A DNA stretch of 62,923 nucleotides, the filler included, from Rhabdomonas costata (Eukaryota): NCBI GenBank assembly GCA_019059605.1. It is 57 parts of 57 records of this genome, joined end to end, with 100 filler letters (N's around TTAATTAATTAA, not from the genome) between each part and the next. Parts side by side here need not be neighbours in the genome. Positions count along the whole stretch, not along the records: positions 36,488 to 37,493 come from JAHMHO010034038.1; positions 37,594 to 38,599 come from JAHMHO010034039.1; positions 38,700 to 39,704 come from JAHMHO010034040.1; positions 39,805 to 40,810 come from JAHMHO010034041.1; positions 40,911 to 41,916 come from JAHMHO010034042.1; positions 42,017 to 43,022 come from JAHMHO010034043.1; positions 43,123 to 44,128 come from JAHMHO010034044.1; positions 44,229 to 45,234 come from JAHMHO010034045.1; 49 more parts are not named here. One strand, given 5' to 3'. The notes beneath the pieces are model-generated. The model saw only the letters and a program-made list of their open reading frames with translations, did no database searches and was not told the DNA's origin. Positions 37,491 through 49,653 of the stretch are shown here, piece after piece; position 1 is the first letter of the stretch; each line of letters starts with the position of its first letter. The position numbers were made by a program, and so were the translations under genes.

Positions 37491-39950
37491 ACCNNNNNNN
37501 NNNNNNNNNNNNNNNNNNNNNNNNNNNNNNNNNNNNNTTAATTAATTAANNNNNNNNNNNNNNNNNNNNNNNNNNNNNNNNNNNNNNNNNNNNGTTGTGT
37601 TGGCTGCGCCGCACCGCGGCCCCCCTCCGCGAGGAATTCCAGGTGCTCGGGGTGTCCCGTCGACGGGCCCCGCTGCTGCCGGCTCCGGAGCATTCCGGAC
37701 ATGTGGAGATTGCTGGGGCGGATGCTTTCCTCATTTTTGCACCTTCCACGGCTTGAGAGGCTACCGGGTTTTTTTCCATCCCATCATGATGGGGTGGGGC
37801 GGTCTGTGCGTGAGGCTGCCCCTGCTATGGAATACTGGGGGTGCCCTTGTTGGTTAATACAGTGCCAGAACACTTGTCTGAGAGACATGGAATGGAAGTC
37901 GCGCACATCTGAGGTGAATGTTAAATGCGCTTCTCACGGTGGGCATGGTTGTGGGATATATTTCATTTCTGAATTCTTATTCTCTGTGCTTTGTAATCAA
38001 TTGCAACATGAAGGTCCCGCGCGCATTCTTTTCGTGAGCTTTTCAGTCACCCGCCGGACGAACCCGGGATCGCGCCGCAAACGTTGTTTTCGGTAGAATC
38101 TGCTGCCACGGTTTGTCTTTCTGCAGTTTGCACCGCTCTTGTCAGTTTCTCTGGTTCACTGCCTGATTGCTTTGCCATTAATGTGGGCCTCTCTTCCCCA
38201 CGAAGCAACAGCTCCCAGAAATGCTGTGCTTGGTTGGAGCGGTCCTCTTCCTCTGCTGGGCGTCTTCCGAGTGCGCTGCCGACCATATTTCCTCCTCGAC
38301 GCAGAACATGCGGTCGCCCCCACCACACGATCGTTGCGCGCACTTCTCACGCTGAAAGATTGCACCTGACAATGGTGATGTTCATGCTCAGAGTGTAATG
38401 GTTAATCCCCACAATCATTGTCCTCATCATTATCACCACCTGCATCCCAACCTTCAATCTTCATCATTGGCAATTGGCAATGCGTGCCTGCGTTGTGAAC
38501 ACCCGCGATCATGAAGCGGTGCACACCTTATGCGCGGGCAGGCGGTGCCAAGTTTTATGCTGCGGGTTGGATATTTTTTCGGGGGGGGGGGTTCTCGCCN
38601 NNNNNNNNNNNNNNNNNNNNNNNNNNNNNNNNNNNNNNNNNNNTTAATTAATTAANNNNNNNNNNNNNNNNNNNNNNNNNNNNNNNNNNNNNNNNNNNNG
38701 TTGTTGCGTGTGTGGTGTATGCTTTGCTGCGTGGGGATGTGTTGCGGCAGTGCAAAGAAGAGTGCATTGCTCAGCGCGAAATGTTCGGCGCGTGCCCGTG
38801 AGACACACAGGTTGCAAACGTGAGTGTGGACTCCTGGACCCTCGGCATTTGGGGGTACGCAGTTTGCCCATTTTCGTCATCAAATCGGGTTTGAGTTGAG
38901 GGAAGAGCAAGATTCCATCACTGGGGAGTGCAAGGAGAAGCCCCGCTCGTCCTCGCATCTCCTTGCTTTCGAAACTGTGACTTTTGGGAAGCAGCGGAGC
39001 GTCATACTATGCTCCCAAGATAAGGAGAAATGAAAATTTGGGGCGAAATTTGGCCCCTTTTGCAAGTTGGGGCGTTAACAACAAAACCGCATGGGACCCC
39101 CGTTTGATGACTGCAGAGGTGCCTGTTGCGAACCATTACGATCGCGGGGTTACACAGTTGCCAGTTGCGCAGCACCGTTTCGTAAAAACAAAAACTTCCG
39201 ACTGCTCACCCCGAAGCTTCCGCCGAGGCCAGGTTTTTGCGGTTATAGACGCTCCAATCCGCGTCATCCCCAGCCACGTGGGCCAGGTGCCCCCGAACGC
39301 GTTCCAGATGCGCAAAAATTCCCAAAGAAAAACAGAGACATAGAGAGAGGAAGCGCCCGAAGGAACGAATGAACAAACGGACCAAATATGATCAAAACCA
39401 GGTTTGGAGTTATGCGGGCAAGACCAGAAGACACAAACGGCGAAAAGAGAGCGCGGCAACGGACAAGCAAACACAAAGGCACAAATCGGCGCACAAAGGC
39501 ACAAACCGGCGTGCAGGATGGCCGTCGGCCCGTTCTTTATTGCGACGCACGACACACCGCAACCGCGGGTTGCACAACAAAAAAACCAAAACCCCGAAGA
39601 TACGATACAGAAGCGCCGCATACAAAATTCCACTTTGATCCCTTTCACTGGCGGAATCGGAAAAAGACATAAAAGAAACGACGGAAGATTATCCCCCAAC
39701 ACCCNNNNNNNNNNNNNNNNNNNNNNNNNNNNNNNNNNNNNNNNNNNNTTAATTAATTAANNNNNNNNNNNNNNNNNNNNNNNNNNNNNNNNNNNNNNNN
39801 NNNNCCTGGCTTGAATATGTTTCATCCTCGTGTTGTCCCTTTTTGGTTTTTGGATTGGTTGGGAAGGCCATGCTGTTAAAAATTAGCCCATTCACCAAGA
39901 GCTAACCTCGCTTCTTGCCCTCTTCCTGTCCATGCACCTCTTATTCTTAG

Positions 39951-40618
39951 GAGTACTTCAAGGGAATCCCCGAGATCCCGAAGACGGGCAAGCTGGTGCG
40001 GGTCAACTACAAGAAGAAGATCAACTTCTACCGTCGCGTGTATAAGGTGCAGCATAGGAGCTAATATGGCATTTGCCAGCCATTTTTCATCTCTTGCCGC
40101 AGCAGGTGATTATGCTATTTTATTACAAAGATCTACCGAATGCAAGCAGCTTCTTTAATTGAAGTAGAACCCTTCGGTTATTTTCAGCCATCTATTTAGC
40201 GTGGACCTGTTGATTCACGTGGGTGATTAACTAATTATAAAAACAGTATGTGATGTCGCACGCTCGACCTCAGCACCCTGTTACCTCACCCGCAACGCCC
40301 GCGTCCAAGTATCAGTGAGCAGGTCTGACGAGCTCCATGGAATTCTGTACTGTGACGGGGACGGAAGTAACATTTTGTTTTTGTTGTTTAACCCATCCTG
40401 CCATCTTCCTGAGTCATCCCGACACCCAGGCTGTGACCTCAATTCACATCATTCTGCCCCACGCGCGGCACCCGTGCCCCGGGTATGTTTGGTGCAGCTA
40501 TTTGATGAATTGTTTTTTCCAGGTGAGGAGCGCCCTCACAAACCGGGTTCAGGAAAATCTGAGCAAGGCCCCGCAGTACATCAAGCGCCAGCAAAACCTT
40601 ACGCTTGAACAGCTGCAG
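39951..40618 (+). CDS. Unknown protein, two 96-nt phase-0 exons (39951-40046, 40523-40618)
   Basis: EYFKGIPEIPKTGKLVRVNYKKKINFYRRVYK and VRSALTNRVQENLSKAPQYIKRQQNLTLEQLQ; pyrimidine tract plus AG acceptors, GT donors, GC3 bias. Confidence 0.7.
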
Positions 40619-41157
40619 GTCTCTTTTTTTCACAATGCGCAAGCGCTACTGAGAGCTCAGCACTCCGTGATCATACTGAATTGATATACTGAATTGGCTT
40701 GAAGTGTGTATCTGTGTTTGATGTTGCGGGCTGTTTCCGGAGTACACAGTAACCTTCGTCTGGTTTTGGGCATCAGTTGTTTTTTTCATCGGTATATCTT
40801 TTGTCAATTCNNNNNNNNNNNNNNNNNNNNNNNNNNNNNNNNNNNNNNNNNNNNTTAATTAATTAANNNNNNNNNNNNNNNNNNNNNNNNNNNNNNNNNN
40901 NNNNNNNNNNGGTGGTTGGGTGCGCGAGCAAGTTTACAGTATGCCGTGGAGCAAGCGGTGGACTCACAGACGGTGCGAGCACTCAATCTTTTCTAATTTG
41001 CGTTTTTTTCATTCACGTCGCAACCAACTGCCGGACGAACGGACAGAGTGGACAGACACGACTGGGTTGATTGTTCAACCCCTGGCTTGAAGGGTGTGGA
41101 GGACTGCTTCTGGAAGTTTCTGAATTTAACAAAATTAACAATGTTTGCAGCGAAGAC

Positions 41158-41345
41158 CTGCGAGCAAAGCAGCCACGCGGGCGACGTTCATGGCGTCGTA
41201 GTGCTCATTGCATGAACCCATCCGAACGTCACCAATGATTGCGGGGTCAATCTTCGCCCTCTTGATAGCCTCCTTCATAACTGCAGCAGCCAGCTTGACT
41301 CCGGGAATGCCCTTCAGGCTGCCTCCATAAACACCAATGGGAGAC
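41158..41345 (-). CDS. Thiolase (acetyl-CoA C-acyltransferase) N-terminal exon
   Basis: RSPIGVYGGSLKGIPGVKLAAAVMKEAIKRAKIDPAIIGDVRMG...MNVARVAALLAG; cag acceptor, GTCTTC donor; absent from the ORF track. Confidence 0.93.
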
Positions 41346-43424
41346 CTGTGGGTTGAAACAGGGGAAGATGAACTCCTAAACTAAAAAAAAAGTACAGAAG
41401 CAAGTACGGAAACAGTACAGAAGCAAGGCTTCCGCGGCGCACCAGTTTCCAAGGCATTGAATATAATATGATTAATTTGCCGGTTGCTGCTTGAGTCCTC
41501 CGGCGGTTTGTCCTCTCTTTGTATATTTGTCTTCTTTACTAAATGAAAGGAGGTCAAGCGAATTTTTTTTCCAAAATGGCGAACCCATCATGTGGCGTCT
41601 CCTTCCGTGAAAAAGTTGCTTTTTCATCTTTGTTGTCACCAGTGCTGAGCTAATGGGTGAGAATGCCCTCGCCGAGCACGCCCATTAAATTACGGCAAGG
41701 AGAGCGAAGAGGTCAAGCGAATCTCTTTAATACGTCTCGTTTTCTCCGCGCTCCAAATGTGCGTATCCAGCCGCGACAGCGTTTCCTTTCTCTTTTCACT
41801 CACTGTTTGAACTTTATTTTCCGTTTCCTTCTGCCGCCACGTCACTCGTCCTGAATACTGCACACTTTGGAGATCGTTCTACGTGCCGAGCGAGCTGCCC
41901 GCCCTTCACCACCACCNNNNNNNNNNNNNNNNNNNNNNNNNNNNNNNNNNNNNNNNNNNNTTAATTAATTAANNNNNNNNNNNNNNNNNNNNNNNNNNNN
42001 NNNNNNNNNNNNNNNNTGTTTTTTGTTTACTGGGACCGCTGCACTGGTCTTTCTGCAGTGAGTGCGCCTGATGAAAGTCTCTAATATATCGTCTTGTTGT
42101 GTTTGGTCTTTTTTGGTATTCTATCCCTAGTATCCCTTCACTTAGTCTCCTGTGGGAGCCCCTTTGCTGCGGTACCCCAGGTTGTGCTTGCGCTCGCTGT
42201 GTTTTTTTGTGCGCGAGTCCTTTGAGAGTGAGGTATGTAGTGCTCCGTGTATGTGTCATGCCGGTAGCGCTTTGGTGGGCGCTTCCGTGTGGGTTCCTTT
42301 CCGTGCTTTTCTTTGGTTCGCACGTCATGCATGTGTTCGCTCAGTTATGCCCGTTATGCCCTAAACCGCATGAGGTGGTGGTTGTGCACACATGTGCCGG
42401 TGTGTATGAGTGCATGCGCTTGTTGCACCGCGGAATGGATCTGTGCGTGCCGGGGTTGGGTGCCCCTGTGGGATTGTTGTGCGCATCGGGAGAATGAGGC
42501 GTGCATCTTCTCTCACCCGTCCTCTCTTTGAACCCTCTTGCGAGGAGAGGACCTGACGGTTGAGCTTGCGTGTTTTGTTTCTATAAGTTTTACAGGTACG
42601 TAGAGGGATTCACGGTCGTATTAATTCTTGCATCAATCGTTAAATTTTTCTCTGTTCTCTTTTTGTTCAGCTAATCGTCAAACCAATCAACGCTTATTTT
42701 TTTGAAAGTATTACCGATTGCACACTTCGATCTCTTCATTTAGGAATGGTGAAAGAGACGAGGAAGAGTGAAGAACCAGGCTACCGGAGACCAAGGCCGT
42801 ATCAGCCATATTTTGGACGAAATGGAATACCCAGAAAGAGATGCTTGATCTGTTTTCTGGCTGCACGCCGGCTGGCCAGCCTCGGTAGAAAACACGGTGG
42901 ACTGGGCGCCAGTATAACCACCCAATCATTCTATGCGCAGCAGTGCTGGAAAACAAAGCGCTCCGTGCCACAACCCAAGCCTCACCCCAGCAGGTCTGGA
43001 CACACGAGGCAACAAAACCACANNNNNNNNNNNNNNNNNNNNNNNNNNNNNNNNNNNNNNNNNNNNTTAATTAATTAANNNNNNNNNNNNNNNNNNNNNN
43101 NNNNNNNNNNNNNNNNNNNNNNCCTACAAACGGGAGGTGTATCGTAAACCATCACAGAGAAACGAAGCTGTCGCGGAGCCGTTTCTGCTCCCAATCCACT
43201 TCAAAAGGAAGCTTCATCCCGCTACACCACCTCCTTCTCGTCCTTCCTCCATCGTTGACTTCTCACTTGGGGGCGGGCTTACAAAACTTTCCTGGGGGTT
43301 AAGTTTCGTTCTTTCACCGTTTAACGCCCCCCCCCCCCAATTCAAGATCGAACCTTGATTTCACAAACCCAACCCAAGCTGAGTTCTTTTCGATGGGAGG
43401 GGTTTCTGCCTGCGTCGCCCGCAG

Positions 43425-43697
43425 GATGTACAAGCCGCAGCCCCACCCCTTCCTGGTGAAGCGCGGCAAGGCGCTGCGGCTGCCGATAACCAACCGCCAC
43501 CTCTTCGGGTGCATCTTCCACGCCCTCTTCCGCCCCACCGCCGCAGTGGTGGGCGGGGTGAAGGCCCAGTTGGCTCTTATGGGCAAGCCCTACATCGGCA
43601 TCCACCTGCGCGGGGGCTTGAGCTCCCGCAACGGCCCGGCCTACCAGGGCACCGCCAACGAAGAGGTCTACCGCAGCTGCCCCATGGGTTGGCTAAG
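43425..43697 (+). CDS. Exon of fucosyltransferase-like GT-B enzyme (GT11/23/37-type GDP-fucose motif I)
   Basis: LFGCIFHALFRPTAAV...PYIGIHLRGG; cag acceptor, GTCTGC donor. Confidence 0.7.
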
Positions 43698-45166
43698 GTC
43701 TGCCTCCTCCCCTCCTCCCCTCTGGCGCCCGCGGACGACTTCTTTCCTGTCCCTCCTGTCCAGTTCCTCGCCCATGCTTCTTCACATACGCATGCAAGCC
43801 CATTTTTCTTCGATGATTTTTGTGTGTCCTTGTCTGCAGATACTGTGTTCTGCAATCTGCTTGGCTTGGGGAAATGCAACCCCCCAGGCGATGGCACGGC
43901 GCCTCGTGAGCAGTGGCCGTGTGTTTAGCAATACAGGTTGACCTCTGCGACCTCCCCGGTTCCAGGTCTTCAGGTTGTCACCCGCGAATAGGGCGAGGTT
44001 TTGGGCCGAAGCAAGTGGTAACCCCCCCCCCTTTCCGATAAGGCCCTAAGACCCCCGACGATTGGTGAGGTTCCCGAGGCCGGCTGAAGAGGCTAGATAG
44101 GCCCACCTGGTAGAACCCCCAGAACAGCNNNNNNNNNNNNNNNNNNNNNNNNNNNNNNNNNNNNNNNNNNNNTTAATTAATTAANNNNNNNNNNNNNNNN
44201 NNNNNNNNNNNNNNNNNNNNNNNNNNNNGGGGTGTGGTTTTGGAGTGAGAGACTACCCGTGGCTTTCTGCGTGCCTTTGCCAGTGCAGCGCCGGATACCG
44301 CTGGCAGGGTAGCCTCGCATTGAAGTCACTGCGAGGATTTTATGTATTCTCCGTTGGTGTGGAGAAGTTGTAAACGGATTCAGCCAACAGAATAATCAGA
44401 GCTGTAAGTGAGGATTCGCGGGTTGGGTGAGGGTGACCTACTTGCACTCCAAAGATAGCTTTCTGCTGCAAAGCATCTTTTTCGGGCGTTAACTTCACTG
44501 TGTGTGTGTATCCACTGCTTTCGTTCTTTACCGCACGCGTGCTTAGCACCCTCAGCGCTGTACCCCTGTTGCCCTCTTGCTGACTTTGAGCCTCCCTATC
44601 TCCGTGTTTTGGGAAAAAGTCGAACGTCAAGATTTGTATACTCATGTGGTTCAGCAATTGGGCGAGACGCCATGTTGTGGGGCTTGGTTGGTGGAAATTG
44701 GTGGGCTCCAAAACTGTACGCAGCGGTGTAAACATTCTTCCTCGCTGCAGCCCTCCCCCTTTCTCCTCCCGGTTGAGCATGAAACTGTCCCAAATAAGAT
44801 CAGGAGCATAGGTGCACACAAAACCCCTTGGTATATCCCCCCCCCGGCCCTGAAAAACGTAAGCTTAGTTACACCCCGAAATTAGGTGAGAATTTAGTCG
44901 GCAACGTTTCGAGCTGAAGTCTTTTGGGCCTGTATTTGCTGGGCTTTGGTAGCAGATGCAGTCCTTTATGAGTCCTCAAGATTGAAAACCGTCGGTTTAC
45001 GGTGTGGCCTGCTTTAGTTGGCCCTGTTATCCAGCCTTTGAACTTATCATCTCCGACTTATCATCTCTCTGGCGACTCATGCTTCCACCCTGGCGTTCAG
45101 ACACCCCTTTAATCAGCCTCCCTCCCTCCCTCCAATTACCCCTCATTCCGCTCCGATTCAGGCCGT

Positions 45167-45230
45167 TTTTGTATTTTGAATCCTACGGATGTCCGGGGCC
45201 GCGGACATCCGTAGGATTCAAAATACAAAA
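45167..45230. repeat. 29-bp perfect inverted repeat at contig end (probable fold-back)
   Basis: 45167-45195 is the reverse complement of 45202-45230. Confidence 0.88.
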
Positions 45231-47659
45231 CAACNNNNNNNNNNNNNNNNNNNNNNNNNNNNNNNNNNNNNNNNNNNNTTAATTAATTAANNNNNNNNNN
45301 NNNNNNNNNNNNNNNNNNNNNNNNNNNNNNNNNNGGGTTGGGGGGGTGGCAAACCCTGTGCCAAAGTTGTTTGAAAAAACCTGCAAATAGGCCGGCGAGA
45401 AAGGCATTGCGCCGCCTTTCGCGCTCGTCGTACACCAGCTGCGCCGGAGGGATAGCCCCGCAGACCACACTGGGGCTCGCACTCATCTCGATCCGGCAAA
45501 AACCACCGAAAGCGCACTCCCTCTATACCCCAACACAGTCAAAACGAACGAGCATCCAAAAAAGATTCTGCGGATCACCACAGTAAAAAAAGTGAAGAAG
45601 AAATGGAAAGTGGTTCGCCTTTTCCCTGATTGCTGCTAGATAAATTGTAAGGCTGCAACCGCAATCACTGCACAGGGATGGCCTGGAGAATCTGAAGAAG
45701 ACTCTTTTGAGAAACACGGGAAAAGCGCATGCGCCGAACGGCACTGAAAAGAGACGATACTACAAGGAAGTGGATCATAGTCATTTCTTCTTTAGGATAA
45801 AAAGCTCCGCGAAACGAGCGGCGGTAATCACGACCGAAACCAGAAAAGAATTTGCGCCATCTCGCTTGCAGTTTGGGGTGAATATGTGGGCACAACATCA
45901 CTGTGCATTTTAAATTGGACAGTTAGCTTCCCCAAATTGGCCTGCTTTTGATTTGGCTGAACCTTTGCTTTTGCAATGCGGATGTCATCACGGGACATTC
46001 TGTTGCATTCATCAGCATACGCGCGCCGGGCCTTTTCGGCTTCGGGCTCCAAAAAGTACACACTGTCCACACAAAGCTCACAATTTTTAGAACTGGCAGC
46101 ATAAATACTGAAAGGTATTTATCTCGGACTCTCACATCAAAATCTCTCCGTTTCCGAACACTCCAAGTCTGGCCCATCAGGATATGGATATGCATTCCTG
46201 TTTAAGTATGGCAGAAGGAGAGAACGGCGATTAAAATTGTGTTGCAGCAGTGCTCGGCCTTCCCCCATTCAGGCAGCTTTTGTTCAAATTTAAACCCGAA
46301 AAAGACGCAGCAACAGTACAGTCAGCCTGCCACCCACGGCNNNNNNNNNNNNNNNNNNNNNNNNNNNNNNNNNNNNNNNNNNNNTTAATTAATTAANNNN
46401 NNNNNNNNNNNNNNNNNNNNNNNNNNNNNNNNNNNNNNNNAAGTCTCATTATTTTCCTTGGCTTGGACACATTCGTGTTTTTTGTGCTGTGGGACTCTGA
46501 GCTGGCAGCAATTTGTAGTAATGCTGTGATTGTCAACCCGAAGCAATGGTGATTGCGGGTACTTTTACGCATGACTTTCCAGCTGTTTCTCGTTTGGGAG
46601 CCGTGGCCGTGGCGGACTTGCTGATCAAAACACCCTCAGTGTGAGAGTGGTCCTAGATCCCGACAGCTAACCCTACAATATCCCCCCGTATCTAATCTCG
46701 TTGGGCAGCCACTCTGGAGTAGGCCCCGAAATCGGATAACCCAACGAATCATGCTATAGGGCAGTCGATTAAAGTAGAAGGGTAGTAGTAAAGTAGTAGC
46801 GAAAACAAGTATGGTTTTTCATTGAGGGCGGTGACGCGGACGGTGCTCTGAAGAAGGGAACGCGCACATTTACAAAACACGGATCAAGCGTCTGGACCAG
46901 GAAACATGTGGCGCATCTTTCCTTCCGTTTTTACATTCCCAGCCCTTACGTTCCCATTGTCTACCCGATAGCTTGTTCCCTACCACCGTTTGTGTTTTGA
47001 TATCTGTTTATTGGTATCGTTTTGCATTCTTCCGTTCCGTTTCCGGCTTCTGTGTGTGTTCTCCCCGTGCGTTGCTGTGGTGGGCTTTGGCCTTTTCTCG
47101 CCGCCCGCGCCCTGGCGTGAGACCCGCAGCCTCCTCCCCACCCCCTTTCTTTCATGCCCGCGCCTAGCAAATATCTCCGAGGGGGGAAGGAATCAATGGT
47201 TCAATGCAATGATCCCCGGTAATTCATAGTTTGGAAGGAGGGTTACGGCGTAAGACGTCTTAGCCGCGGCCGTAAGAACTTCCTATCAGCAGGCATGTTG
47301 CCGGAGGCTCTGCCCCCCCCCCCCCGGGGAAATAATTAATGTCATTATGGCCATTGTCCGCAATATTATGGCTATATACCCAATTATAAGCATTACCAAG
47401 GCGGAGAAAAAACGGAAATGAATTACCATTACAAAACCCACACAAANNNNNNNNNNNNNNNNNNNNNNNNNNNNNNNNNNNNNNNNNNNNTTAATTAATT
47501 AANNNNNNNNNNNNNNNNNNNNNNNNNNNNNNNNNNNNNNNNNNNNGGTGGTGGTTAGAAGTGTTGGGTAAGTGGTTGAGAGAGCGTAACCACCTTATGG
47601 TGGTGGAGCGAACGAGTGAAGGGTGAAGAGTCGTCGATGCTGCGCATCTTCTCCACTTG

Positions 47660-48056
47660 TTATGCACTTGTCGTCACTCATTCTCGCTACGCTCGTATTC
47701 GTTCCTCCTGTCGTCACATTCGTTCTCACTGCGTTCGTACTCATGTTCCTCCGTCTTTCTGTCGGTCACATTCGCAATCGCTACGCTCATGCTCATGTTC
47801 CCTCCTAGGTCGTCACTCGTCACTGCGTTCCTCGTTCCTCCTCTTTCTTTTGATCACGGTTCACATTCATTCTCGCTACGCTCGTATTCATGTTCACTGG
47901 GTCGTCACTACGTTCCTTGGTCGACTCTCATACTCGCGATGCTCGTATTCGTGTCTCCTTCTGTCGGTCGTCACTACGTTCCTCCCTCCTGTTTGTATTC
48001 ATGTCGGCATTCACTACGTTCATGCCTCCCATCCCCATTCATTCTCGCTACGCTCA
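47660..48056. repeat. Degenerate minisatellite built from CATTCTCGCTACGCTC / TCGTCACT(A/G)CGTTC units
   Basis: CATTCTCGCTACGCTC recurs near 47679, 47868 and 48040; GTCACTACGTTCCT variants interleave. Confidence 0.75.
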
Positions 48057-48725
48057 GGGTTCCATTGGAGGCAGGTAAACCCCCCTCCCCCCCCACACAC
48101 ACTACGACAAGAGGAATATGAGATAAAACAATCATGACTGGACCACCCCTAAACGAACACATGCATACAGACACACAAACACTGGTGCAACTCCGTCACA
48201 ATCAATCTAAGGTGCCTCAGTGGAGCCGTATACGGACACAAACGTCGCTGAATTGACTTTCATGTTCTGAAATCTCTCTGCTGCTTTCAGGAACGCATGG
48301 AGATTACACGAGGGTTCATTTGATTGTATGCGCTGTAGAAAACGCAGCAGCGCAAGTATGACAGCCAGGCTCTCACTACACTATAGCCCATAGCGAACCT
48401 CAGACGTGGCCTGCTGGCTGCCCAATTGGAACAGGAAGTCACACATCGCCCCAACCATAGGGTCGCTGGTCGCGTAGCGGGAGAGCACCGCGGCACCGCT
48501 CGCACTAAAGGAAATCCGAATGCAAGTGGATTTTATCATGTCCCCCAACACCNNNNNNNNNNNNNNNNNNNNNNNNNNNNNNNNNNNNNNNNNNNNTTAA
48601 TTAATTAANNNNNNNNNNNNNNNNNNNNNNNNNNNNNNNNNNNNNNNNNNNNTTTTGGGTGTAGCTTGCCTGGTTTTTTGTCATGTGACTGCATGGCGTG
48701 CCGTGGGGTGACGCGGTATGCGCAG

Positions 48726-49359
48726 GAACCGACGAGGATCTCTCGGTCCCAGACAAAGAGGAGGGCAACCAGGCTGATGTGAGCACGAGGGCGTCCAGGG
48801 CCCGGCGTCGCCGCCTACGGTTCAGCGAGGACAACAGTCCCGGAGATGGTACTTTGCGCCTTTCTCTTTGCATTGATCACTTTGACTTCTTTTTTCTATC
48901 TTTCTGAATTAAGGTCTGGTCTGTTTTTTTAATGTGTGAGGGGGGGAGGTGTCGCACGGTGTCGTTTTCACAGTATGAGGGCTTTATGCGCTGGTGGACA
49001 AAACTTAAGCAAGGGCCCTCTGGCGCTCTGGCGCTCTGGGCATCTGTGAACAGGTGAGCAGGCTTCGCATTGGCGTGCATGGAAGGACGCAAATCTGCGC
49101 TACAAACCCGTCTTTAGCTTGGTTCTGTGCTGCTTGTTCTGAAAATATGTCCAGATTTCTGTTCGCATCTTTGTATATGTTTTCTGCGAGGTGACTGAAT
49201 GACGGGGTTTGTCTTGGTGTTTGGTGTGCGCAGGGGCTGACCCGGATGGCTCGGTCCCAGACAAAGAGGAGAAGATTCACCCTCTTAAGAGGGCGAGGGC
49301 GCTGAGGGCGAAGCGTCGTCGCATTCAGTTGGGCGAGGACAGTGGAAATGGCACCACAG
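48726..49359 (+). CDS. Two paralogous phase-1 exons (48726-48848, 49234-49359) of unknown basic/acidic protein
   Basis: Both follow tgcgcag, share CTCGGTCCCAGACAAAGAGGAG (SVPDKEE) and R..RA.RRR....ED, and end at GT; lengths 123 and 126 nt. Confidence 0.65.
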
Positions 49360-49417
49360 GTCTTCCCCTCAGCCTTGCACACGCTGACCGTTATTTCTTT
49401 CTGGACGATGGCCCGGT

Positions 49418-49471
49418 CTTAGTTAGTCAGTTAGTTAGTTATTTAGTTAGCTAAATAGTTAGTTGGTTAGT
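49418..49471. repeat. Imperfect (TTAG)n microsatellite
   Basis: Direct reading. Confidence 0.8.
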
Positions 49472-49606
49472 TTGATTGTTGGAGCCTCGGACAGGGGAGG
49501 CAGTGATACGCGTGTGACGCAAAGCATAGTGGAAGCAGAAGCAAAGCAAAGCAAGCAAACGTGTCCATCACTTTCACAGTATACTGCCGTCATGCCACGG
49601 CCGGAA

Positions 49607-49653
49607 GTTGTGGGGGACCCCCCCCCACATGTGGGGGGGGGGTCCCCCACAAC
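49607..49653. repeat. Near-perfect palindrome at contig end (probable fold-back)
   Basis: GTTGTGGGGGAC(n)ACATGTG(n)TCCCCCACAAC. Confidence 0.85.

Noticed and set aside
41385..41425. TTCTGTACT-like words resembling the kinetoplastid/diplonemid spliced leader (also TTTTCATCGGTATAT near 40785)
   Set aside because: Only short partial matches inside probable introns; no full SL exon, donor and Sm-site arrangement
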